13,959 nt of DNA from Octopus sinensis (lineage: Eukaryota): NCBI RefSeq assembly GCF_006345805.1, contig NW_021825938.1, forward strand, positions 1 through 13,959, in the 5' to 3' direction. Of the stretch, positions 1 through 8,750 are shown in pieces. The notes under the pieces were generated by a model. That model was not told the DNA's origin and made no database searches. It saw only the letters and a list, made by a program, of their open reading frames with translations. The stretch's first letter is position 1, and the number at the start of each line of letters is the position of its first letter. The position numbers were made by a program, and so were the translations under genes.

Positions 1-778
1 CATCCTTTCGGGGTCGATTAAATAAGTACCAGTTACGCACTGGGGTCCACACAATCGACTAAGTTCGTTTGTCTGTCCTTGTTTGTCCTCTCTGTGTTTA
101 GCCCCTTGTGGGTAGTAAAGAAATAGGTATTTCGTCTGCCGCTATGTTCTGTGTTCAAATTCCGCCGAAGTCGACTTTACCTTTCATCATTTTGGTGTCG
201 ATTTAATAAGTACCTGTTACGCACTTGGGTCGATATAATCGACTTAATTCGTTTGTCCCCTCTGTGTGTAGCCCCTTGTGGGCAGTAAAGAGGTAAGAAA
301 CGTTAGCACGCCGGGCGAAATGCTTAGCGGTGTTTCGTCTGTTTTCATTTTCTGAGCTCAAATTCCACCGAGGTCGACTTTGCTTTTCATCCTTTCGGGG
401 TCGATAAATTATGTACCAGTTGCGCACTGGGGTCGATATAATCAACTGGTCCCCTCCCCCAAAAAAATTTCGGGCCTAGTGCCTAGAGTAGGAAAGTATA
501 AGGCAACGAGGTGGTAGAGTCGTTAGCAAGTTGGAGAAAATGATTGGCTGCATTGCGTCCGTCTTTACGTTCTGAGTTCAAATTCCGCTGACATCGATAA
601 GTACAACTTGAACTCTGGGGTCGATGTAATCGACTTAGCCTTCCTCTGAAACTGCTGGCCTTGTGCCGAAATTTGAAACCAATATAAGGCGGCGAGCTGG
701 TGGAGTTATTAGCTAGTCGGACAGAATGCTTAATGACATTGCGTCTGTCTTTACCCTCTGAGTCCAAATTCCGAAGTC
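1..778 (+). mobile_element. Head-to-tail cluster of five partial or complete copies of a tRNA-derived SINE (family A; octopus OK/OR-like)
   Basis: Recurring module with a B-box-like GAGTTCAAATTCC, a TTTCATCCTTTCGGGGTCGAT core and CTGGGGTCGATGTAATCGACT. Units lie at about 1-125, 126-294, 295-497, 500-683 and 686-778. AAGGCRRCGAG heads start at 500 and 686. The same module recurs at 3724-3947, 4731-4962 and 12022-12419. Confidence 0.85.
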
Positions 779-1049
779 AATCAGATATGTTTTTTTTCGA
801 TATTCATTGTTAGTTTTAGCATTTAATGCAACATCTAAAGAATTTCTCTTTGATTAGTGGCGTAAGAACCCGTCAACGTTAAGTGACAGAATTACAGGGC
901 CAGCGGACTATACGATTTGCAGTAACTAGTTTCGTTTCTCGTCGACTCGGTTTCGAATCCAGCTGAGGTCGGTAAAATAAATATTTATTATAGTCATTTG
1001 TAACTTAAGCTCGAATTACGTAGTTCAGGAATGGAATATTTGACTATAT

Positions 1050-1215
1050 TCTCCCCACCCCCACCAGCACACGACGGATCCTTATTACATCTACCCCGGG
1101 AGGATGAAAGACAATAATCAACTTAAGAGGAATTTGAACCCAGACGCTCAAAAGAGTTGAACATACATAAATACAATAAGGACTTTTGTCTTATGCTCTA
1201 CCGATTCTATAACTG
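1050..1215 (-). mobile_element. Degenerate SINE relic related to family A
   Basis: The plus strand reads CCCCGGGAGGATGAAAGACAA...GGAATTTGAACCCAGA, a diverged reverse complement of the family A core and B box. Confidence 0.55.
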
Positions 1216-1234
1216 CAGTATTTAGCAGAAATAC

Positions 1235-1330
1235 AAGGCGGCGAATTGGCATTGTTAGAATGTTGTATAGAGAGCTATACCGTATTTGCTCCAGCTCTAT
1301 GCGCTTTGAGTTCAAATCCTGCCAACGTTA
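1235..1330 (+). mobile_element. Degenerate SINE head (tRNA-related region only)
   Basis: AAGGCGGCGAATTGGCA head followed by a GAGTTCAAATCC B box near 1308-1319. Confidence 0.6.
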
Positions 1331-1527
1331 AATCATGTATGCATACTTATATGATACATTGATGTCTTAAAAACCCATATTTAAGAATACGATTTTAAAA
1401 TGATTTTAAGAATAATATGAAATTATTTACTAATTCACTACTCTATACAAAAACCAATCCAGACTGGTAGAATAAGCCGTCAAGCAAAACTTAGTCAAAA
1501 TCAAGAATAATTATATATATAACTATA

Positions 1528-1971
1528 CTAGCAGTATCGCCCGGCGTTGCTTGGGTTTGTAAGGGAAATAACTATATAAGCATTTTTAGATAGTTACTTC
1601 CCTTATAGATGCCAATTTGGGCTTCTTTCTTAGCCATTTCTTTTGGTGTCTTCAAGCCATGAAGTCGTTTCTAAAAGAACGCTGGTCTCCTTGACAACGC
1701 TTTACGACGTTGATTTCCTTACAACTCCCTTCCCACAGCTTCACGAGGGAGGGAAGAAGGGAGAGAACAAACAGGTGCAGGTGTGACCATGGACGCCAAC
1801 TCCGCCGCCATCGACACACGAAAAATTATGCATTAAAATGGAATAAAAAAATGATGTTAAATTATTTTTAAAATCGTAGACTCATCGTAGACGCGCGCTA
1901 GTACTCAGACGGGCTCGATATGAAACTCACGACTAAAGATACCCGAATTTGGTTAACCTGCACCGCAAAAT
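1528..1971 (-). mobile_element. Non-autonomous Helitron-like element, copy 1 (5'-truncated)
   Basis: Reverse complement of 2038-2481. The minus-strand 3' end has a GC hairpin at 1540-1555 and CTAG at 1528-1531, followed by T. Confidence 0.75.
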
Positions 1972-2481
1972 ATATATATAAAACTGTAGTTGTGTGAGTG
2001 TCTGTCCCCTTCGATTTAGATTCCTAACTACTCCCACATTTTGCGGTGCCGTTTAACCAAATTCAGGTATCTTATAGTCGTGATTCATATCGAGCCCGTC
2101 TGAGTATTAGCGCGCGTCTACGATGAGTCTACGATTTTAAAAATAATTTAACATCATTTTTTATTCCATTTTTAATGCATAATTTTTCGTGTGTCGATGG
2201 CGGCGGAGTTGGCGTCCATGGTCACATCTGCACCTGTTTGCTTCTCCCCCTTCTTCCCTCCCTCGTGAAGCTGTGGGGAAGGGAGTGTAAGGAAATCAAC
2301 GTCGTAAGCGTTTCAAGGAGACCAGCGTTCTTTTAGAACAAACGACTTCATGGCTTGAAGACACCAAAACAGAAACGGCTAAGAAAGCCCAAATTGGCAT
2401 CTATAAGGGAAGTAACTCTCTAAAAATGCTTATATAGTTATTTCCCTTGCAAACCCGAGCAACGCCGGGCGATACTGCTAG
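1972..2481 (+). mobile_element. Non-autonomous Helitron-like element, copy 2 (apparently full length)
   Basis: Begins (TA)nAAACTGTAGTTGTGTGAGTGTCTGTC. Ends with a CCCG-AGCAACGC-CGGG hairpin (2454-2469) lying 8 nt before CTAG (2478-2481) and T, the canonical Helitron 3' signature. No TSD and no coding capacity. A clean 5' TC is not visible. Confidence 0.8.
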
Positions 2482-2871
2482 TAGATATATAAAAGTGAAG
2501 TTGAGTGAGTGTCTGTCTCCTACGATTTAGATTCCTAACTACTCCCACATTTTGCGGTGCAGTTTAACCAAAACCGGGTATCTTATAGTCGTGATTCATA
2601 TCGAGCCCTTCTGGGTATTAGCGCGCGTCTACGATGAGTTTACGATTTTAAAAATAATTTACCATTTTTTTTCCATTTTAAAGCATATTTTTTAAATAAA
2701 AGGAAGTAACTCTCTAAAAATGTCTACGATGAGTCAACGATTTAAAAAAAATTTACCATAATTTTTTTTCCATTTTTAATGCATTTTTGCTGTTTTTTGG
2801 CTATAACTCTCTAAAAATGCTTTATAGTTATTTCTCTTACAAACCCGAGCAACGCCGGGCGATACTGCTAG
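2482..2871 (+). mobile_element. Non-autonomous Helitron-like element, copy 3 (shorter internal variant), head-to-tail with copy 2
   Basis: Shares the first ~190 bp with copy 2 and has an identical 3' end (hairpin 2844-2859, CTAG 2868-2871, then T). It lacks the GC-rich middle of copy 2 and instead carries a ~95-bp tandem duplication (about 2627-2722 and 2722-2820). Confidence 0.8.
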
Positions 2872-3723
2872 TATATATATATACGAATGCATATGTAAAT
2901 GTGTGTGTGTTGTGTGCATGCGTTTGTATGTGCTTGGATAGCGTAATATTTGTCTAGAAACTATTATAATTCCAGCTTACATCTGAAATGTAACGTTGTA
3001 TCAATTTTATTTAAATATCACCATATAAAGTCAGTTATTAACTATAATTATATTATAATATATTCTCTTAGTAAATGCCATTATATTCATGCCAAAAATT
3101 CTCTTCATTTTAATATAGTGTTTTTCCTTTTAAATGTGTTTCCGCGATTCTTAATTGTAACTTAGATTTTTTTTTCCCGCGTATATACCGAGTAAATTTG
3201 ATATTAATTTTTTTCGTCCTTGAGTTTGTTTTCCTTGTTAATAAAATGCGTCATTATAATTGCTTTGTGAATAACCACTAGAAGCAATGTTTAACGATGT
3301 ATTTACTCTGCTGATAAAAATCATATAATGAGTGTACTAATTTGTCTTAACTTAGCGCTATACATTACACCATACACTACCAATAATTGTTTGTATTGTA
3401 CCAGTGTATTACTTGTTTCAGTTAATAGATTGCGACCATGCTGGAGCCCCGCTTTGAAATTTTAGTCGAATGAATCGACCCCAGTGCTTATTTTTTAAGC
3501 TTGGTATTTATTCCATCGTTGTCTTTTGCCGAACCGCCAAGTTACGGGGAAGCTAACACATCAACACCGGTTGTCAAGCGGTGGGGAGGGGGCAAACACA
3601 GACAGAAAGACACACACACAAGCACACATACACACACGCTCGCGCTCAAGCACAAACAGAACATACACACATAGATACACATACATATATATATATATCT
3701 ACGACGGGCTTCTTTCAGTTTCT

Positions 3724-3947
3724 TATTTTTTTATTGCCCACAAGGGGCTAAACATAGAAGGGACAAACAAGAACAGACAAAATGATTAAGTCGATTACAT
3801 CGACCCCAGTACGTAACTGGTACTTAATTTATCGACCCGAAAGCATGAAAGGCAAAGTCAACCTCGACGGAATTTGAACGTAACGGCAGACGAAACACCG
3901 CTAAGCATTTCACCCGGCGTGCGAACGTTTCTGCCAACTCGTCGCCT
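3724..3947 (-). mobile_element. SINE family A copy nested in the family C SINE
   Basis: The minus strand reads AGGCGACGAGTTGGCAGAAACG...GTTCAAATTCC...GCCCCTTGTGGGCAATAAA. Confidence 0.85.
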
Positions 3948-3950
3948 TTT

Positions 3951-4265
3951 GATTTAATTATTCATGCGCCCTTTTTAAGCCTAGCCAGGCTCATGGGCCC
4001 GGTTTCCCGGTTTCTGTGGCGTATGTGTTCCCCCAGCTGGACGGAACGCCAGTCCATCGCAGCGTTACCTAAGAATCAGGAAGAAAGAGTGAGAGAATGT
4101 TGGGGTAAAAGAGTACAACAGAAGTCGCCACCACCCCCTGCTGTAGCCTCGTGGAGCTTTTAGGTGTTTTCGCTCAATAAACACACACAACGCCCGGTCT
4201 GGGAATCGAAACCGCGATCCTCCGACCGCGTGTCCGCTGTCCTATCCACTGGGCCATTGCGCCTC
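3951..4265 (-). mobile_element. tRNA-derived SINE (family B) with a V/Meta-like central motif
   Basis: The minus strand has an A box TGGCCCAGTGG and a B box GGTTTCGATTCCC in a tRNA-like head. These are followed by GGTAACGCTGCGATGGACTGGCG...CACAGAAACCGG and an A-rich tail. Confidence 0.8.
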
Positions 4266-4641
4266 TACGACGGGCTTCTTTCAGCTTCTGCTAACCAAAT
4301 CCACTCACAAAGCTTCGGACCACCCCAGGCGATTGTAGAAAACACTTGCTGAAGGTGCCACTCAGTGGGATTGAATCCGAAGCCGTGTGGCTAGGAAGCA
4401 ATTTTCTTACGACACTGTCACCCATGCTAGATCTTAAAGGATATTGTTTTCGATGTGCTGGATGGCACTAGATGTGTATCTGTGTCTTTGATATTGGTAT
4501 TTTTAATGATGTGATGTTGGTATTTTTAATTAAAAAGTTACAGATATGTCAGTCAAGTGAATACATCGGAAAATTTATGCTAACACGATGATATCAAGGT
4601 AACACAAAACAGCTTAAATCCAAAGGGGACAGAAATAAAAT

Positions 4642-5288
4642 CTGGGGGAACTCATACGCCACAGAAACTAGGGAACAGGGCCCATGAGCCTGACTAGGAT
4701 TGAAAAGGGCGCATAAATAAATAAATCAAAAGGCGACGAGTTGGCAGAAACGTTCGCACGCCAGGCAAAATGCTTAGCGGTATTTCGTCTGCCGTTACGT
4801 TTGAGTTCAAATTCCGCCGAGGTTGACTTTGCCTTTCATGCTTTCGGGGTCGATAAATTAAGTACCAGTTACGTACTGGGGTCGATGTAATCGACTTGAT
4901 CCCTTTGTCTGTTCTTGTTTGTCCCTTCTATGTTTAGCCCCTTGTGGGCAATAAAGAAATAAGAAACTGAAAGAAGCCCGTCGTAGATATGCATATGTGC
5001 ATGTGTATCTATGTGTGTATGTGTATGTTTGTGCTTGAGCGCGCGTGAGTGTGTATGTGTGCTTGTGTGTGTGTCTTTCTGTCTGTGTTTGTCCCCCACC
5101 ACCGCTTGACAACCGGTGTTGGTGTGTTACCCTCCCCGTAACTTGGCGGTTCGGCAAAAGACAACGATAGAATAAGTACCAGGCTTAAAAAATAAGCACT
5201 GGGTCGATTCATTCGACAAAAATCTCAAAGCAGGATTCGAGCATGGTCGCAATCTAATAACTGAAGCAAGTAATACACTGGTACAATA
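4642..5288 (+). repeat. Inverted duplicate of 3394-4036, comprising the 3' end of SINE B, a complete SINE A (4731-4962) and the 3' body of SINE C
   Basis: Colinear reverse complement over ~645 bp, including both nesting junctions and the flank TAATACACTGGTACAATA. Confidence 0.92.
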
Positions 5289-5549
5289 AAATCTATTTTA
5301 TGTGAGCGCATTTCGAAGAACGTTAAAAGGAAAAGTAACATCCTAAGAAAAGCCAGTTTAGTATTTAAACTTGAAATTCTTCTAAAGCGACATCTGGATT
5401 TACTTACCATACAAGGAATTATCTTCGATGTTAATTCTAATTGAATTTATTGGAATCTGATTGTTTGGTGTAGTTAAGCAAGTTTGCTTAACCTCTGAGT
5501 GCTTTCTAGATATCTACCCGGATTTATTAATCCCCTTTTACTCCTTGTT

Positions 5550-5550
<1 letters not shown>

Positions 5551-5631
<81 letters not shown>

Positions 5632-5674
5632 GTCTGTCTATCTATCTATCTATCTATCTATCTATATATATATA

Positions 5675-5760
<86 letters not shown>
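5551..5760. repeat. (TATC)n microsatellite
   Basis: Directly visible, near-perfect tetranucleotide array. Confidence 0.98.
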
Positions 5761-5783
5761 AAGTATTCCATTTATCTTATCGT

Positions 5784-5842
5784 GTTCTTCGCTGATGAAG
5801 GAAGAATGCTTTTGAATTATTTCAGAAATCGGTCCGATAAAC
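5784..5842 (+). ncRNA. Degenerate minimal type I hammerhead ribozyme motif
   Basis: CTGATGA at 5792-5798; stem II GGAAGAAT/ATTATTTC with 7 of 8 pairs including one G-U; GAAA at 5825-5828; very short stem III ATCGGT; GTC triplet ending at 5834; imperfect stem I GTTCTTCG/CGATAAAC with 6 of 8 pairs. Confidence 0.45.
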
Positions 5843-6002
5843 GGATTAATCCCAAAATCGGTTCGATAAACGGAATTTTAAAAATCTTTTTGTTAGCTTT
5901 CTTTCCTCGTTTCAACACGCTGTGTATCTATAGTGAAATAGTGAAAAATATTGTATGTGGTTAGACGATCTAAAGTCTATTTTTCAGCATATTGGCATTA
6001 TA

Positions 6003-6004
<2 letters not shown>

Positions 6005-6074
<70 letters not shown>

Positions 6075-6242
6075 TATATATAGTACATGAATGGATGCAT
6101 GTGTCCAACTGCATTTATTTATTTACTTATATATATGTAATAATATATATATATATAGATATATATATATATATATAGTGAGAGAGAAGAGAGAGTGAGA
6201 GAAAGACAGATAGATAGATTGATAGATAGATAGAAGATAGAT

Positions 6243-6292
<50 letters not shown>

Positions 6293-6382
6293 CAGATAGC
6301 AGAGGTAAGAATAGAGCTAGAAAGGTATATGAGGAAAAGAGGGAGAGAGAAAGAGAGACAAAATATGGAAGAAAACAAGAAC

Positions 6383-6421
<39 letters not shown>

Positions 6422-6590
6422 AGATGGAAATGGGAGAGAGAGGAGTAGGAAGGGAGAAAGGGGAAGAAGTAGTTAAGGAGACAAAAAGGAAGTATATGGG
6501 AGTTTTAAAAAAAGAAAGAAAGAAAGAGAGAAAGAAGAAAGAAAGAAAGAAAGAAAGAAAGAAGGAAAGAAAGAAAGAAAGAGAGAGATG
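6005..6590. repeat. Compound microsatellite: (TA)n, (GATA)n, (GA)n, (GAAA)n
   Basis: (TA)n at about 6005-6082 and 6128-6177, (GATA)n at about 6205-6298, (GA)n at about 6386-6420, (GAAA)n at about 6510-6582. Confidence 0.95.
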
Positions 6591-6749
6591 AATGGGGCAA
6601 AAATGAGATTGAAGCTAGTTCCATTTACATCTGTGTATAATTGTATGAATGTGTCTGAGCTTATGAGTTCCTGTGTTTATATGTGTATGTGTGAGTGCAT
6701 ATTTCTATGTGCTCGTGCGTGAATGTGTAAAGAAAGAGAACGAAGTAAA

Positions 6750-6812
6750 GATGATGATGGTGGTGGTGGCGGCGGCGGGGCGGTGGTGGTGGTGATGGTG
6801 GTGGTGGTGGTG
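6750..6812. repeat. (GAT)/(GGT)/(GGC)n trinucleotide tract
   Basis: Directly visible. Confidence 0.9.
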
Positions 6813-7141
6813 TTTATGGGGTGATGAGGGACGACTTGGAGGAAACGTCAGCCACATACACGCATGCACACAAACGCACATATACCAGTGCATACATATA
6901 TAAACATTCAAACACACCGCTTCTCTCTCCCTCCCACCCTCTCCTTTTCCCTATCTGTCTCTATCTCCATCATCTTTCCTCTCTCAGTATATATCTCTCT
7001 CTCTCGCTCTCTCTTCCTCTTCTCTATTACACTTTTTGTCTCGCTCTCTCACTCTCTGCAGGCAGCTCCGTAATTACACGGTGTCAATCGATCAACGGAG
7101 CACTGCATAACACGGAAACCAGGAGCAATAAAAGGAAAAGG

Positions 7142-7156
7142 ATAATGATGATGATG

Positions 7157-7195
<39 letters not shown>

Positions 7196-7236
7196 TAATA
7201 ATAATAACAATAACAATAACAATATTAATAATGATA

Positions 7237-7280
<44 letters not shown>

Positions 7281-7329
7281 AATAATAACAATAATAATAA
7301 CAATGATAATGATGATGATGATGATGATG

Positions 7330-7369
<40 letters not shown>

Positions 7370-7615
7370 TGATAATGATAATGATGATGATTATAATAAT
7401 AATAATAATGATAATAATAATAATAATAATAATAGTAAGAAGAAGAAGAAAAAAAAGAAGGAAGAAGAAGAAGAAGAAGAAGAAGAAGAAGAAAAGAAAA
7501 AGAAGAAGAAGAAGAAGAAGAAGAAGAAGAAGAAGAAGAAGAAGAAGAAGAAGAAGAAGAAGAAGGAGGAGGAGGAGGACAACAATAACAAAAACATAAT
7601 GATAATGAAGAAATA
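7142..7615. repeat. Compound trinucleotide array (AAT/GAT/AAC)n followed by (GAA)n and (GGA)n
   Basis: Directly visible. It explains the poly-I/M/R/S/L/Y/H ORFs in the track. Confidence 0.97.
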
Positions 7616-7814
7616 AAAATTTTTAAAATGACGGAAAGAAGCAGCAGCAGCAACAACAACAATTATAACAACGAATACAAAACCAGTAATGACGATGATG
7701 CGGCGAGGGTGATGAGGAAAAAATAAGTAGAGCAATAGAGAAGAGAGACGAAAATGAAAGATTATATTAAGACGTAAGGAAGAGGAAAAATGAGGAAAAT
7801 ATTGACACAAGTTT

Positions 7815-8061
7815 ATCTATACGTATATGTGTATAAATGTATATGTGTGAGTGTGTGAGTGTATGTGTGCGTGCGATGGTGTGTATACATATGTATATGT
7901 ACACATATACATGCGTACATATACACGTATATATATATGTACATACATATACATACACGCACACACACACACATACACACACATATATACATACACAGGC
8001 ACACACACATACATATACATAATATTATATATGATATGGGTGGTTGTGTGTGTATACATAT

Positions 8062-8106
<45 letters not shown>

Positions 8107-8131
8107 ATGTATGTATGTAATCTATCTACCC

Positions 8132-8177
<46 letters not shown>
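7815..8177. repeat. (TA)/(CA)/(TG) low-complexity microsatellite region
   Basis: Directly visible. Confidence 0.93.
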
Positions 8178-8447
8178 ATAATATTAATTCGAGACAAAAC
8201 CACTAATAAAACTGATTATAAGATTGGAAATCCACCTGACGATTGTCATTTGAAGACATGAAACGATTGTAGTGGCGGTTTATTTACTTTATATTAAAAT
8301 TTTTATGTATTGATTAAGTCTTTCCTTGTTTGTTTTGCAAAGTAGTGGTTTTGTCTCGAATTAATATTATATAATATTTTACTATAAAATTGGATTTAAT
8401 CCTAAATCTGATTTTTTTCCTGTAAATTTGGATTTATTCCCTAATAT
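8178..8447 (+). mobile_element. Short non-autonomous Penelope-like (pLTR-type) or retrozyme-like element inserted in (TA)n
   Basis: Perfect 28-bp inverted repeat (8178-8205 and 8343-8370), an internal hammerhead motif, and a ~75-bp AT-rich tail beyond the repeat. (TA)n-rich arrays lie on both sides. Confidence 0.6.
8228..8281 (+). ncRNA. Minimal type I hammerhead ribozyme motif
   Basis: Stem I CCAC (8232-8235)/GTGG (8272-8275), extendable by AAAT/GTTT across a bulge; CTGACGA at 8236-8242; stem II TGTC/GACA closed by a U.U pair with a 7-nt loop; GAAA at 8260-8263; near-palindromic stem III ACGATTGT; predicted cleavage after GUA at 8271. Confidence 0.75.
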
Positions 8448-8449
8448 TT

Positions 8450-8523
<74 letters not shown>

Positions 8524-8570
8524 TATATATATATATACAAATGTTTGCATGTATATGTGTATGCATGGAC
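8448..8570. repeat. (TTA)n/(TA)n microsatellite
   Basis: Directly visible. Confidence 0.93.
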
Positions 8571-8574
8571 ATAT

Positions 8575-8750
8575 GTTTCTGTGTCTCTGTTTGTCCCCAG
8601 AACATCGCTTGACAACCGATGTTGATGTGTTTACGTCCCCGTAACTTAGCGGTTCGGCAAAAGAGTCCGATAGAATAAGTACTAGGCTTCCAAAGAAAAA
8701 GTCCTGGGTCCATTTGTTCGATTAAAGGCGGTGCTCCAGCATGGCCTCTA
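8575..8750 (+). mobile_element. 3' body of SINE family C
   Basis: CGCTTGACAACCGATGTTG...CCCCGTAACTTAGCGGTTCGGCAAAAGA...GATAGAATAAGTAC...GCTCCAGCATGG matches 5075-5250. Confidence 0.85.

Larger units (their letters stand above)
3405..4427 (-). mobile_element. tRNA-derived SINE (family C, with an internal (TG/TA)n tract), interrupted by a ~540-bp insertion
   Basis: The head at 4264-4427 reads GGATTCAATCCC (B-box-like), then GGCACCTTCAGCAAGTG on the minus strand. The 3' body at 3405-3722 matches 4963-5275 and 8575-8750. The two halves join through the duplicated TCTACGACGGGCTTCTTTCAGYTTC. Confidence 0.8.

Noticed and set aside
1-778. Regularly recurring motif resembling a CRISPR or satellite array
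   Set aside because: The units are 170-200-bp SINE monomers with homologous sequence between the motifs rather than unique spacers. The context is eukaryotic and there are no cas genes.
1528-2871. Single foldback or MITE element with long TIRs
   Set aside because: Each end carries a hairpin plus CTAG Helitron-type 3' terminus, and the unit also occurs head-to-tail. Three Helitron-like copies explain the region better.
2950-3165. AT-rich ORF with SKCH, faintly like a Penelope GIY-YIG C-terminus
   Set aside because: The motif match is too weak, it starts at TTG, and no convincing hammerhead follows (CTGATAA at about 3312 lacks the core).
4190-4265. tRNA-like sequence with A and B boxes
   Set aside because: It continues into a SINE body and tail and lies within a TSD, so it is a SINE head rather than a tRNA gene.
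3526-5212. Paired similar ORFs MPNRQVTG... on opposite strands
   Set aside because: They are a by-product of the inverted duplication of SINE sequence, not paralogous genes.
5473-5492. Palindrome GTTAAGCAA-GT-TTGCTTAAC
   Set aside because: It is an isolated 9-bp arm pair with no supporting context, so no function can be assigned.
5461-8206. Numerous ORFs of 60-167 aa (poly-IYLS, poly-I/M/R, poly-H/Y/S/L)
   Set aside because: They are translations of stop-free microsatellites, open in several frames on both strands, with no domain content.
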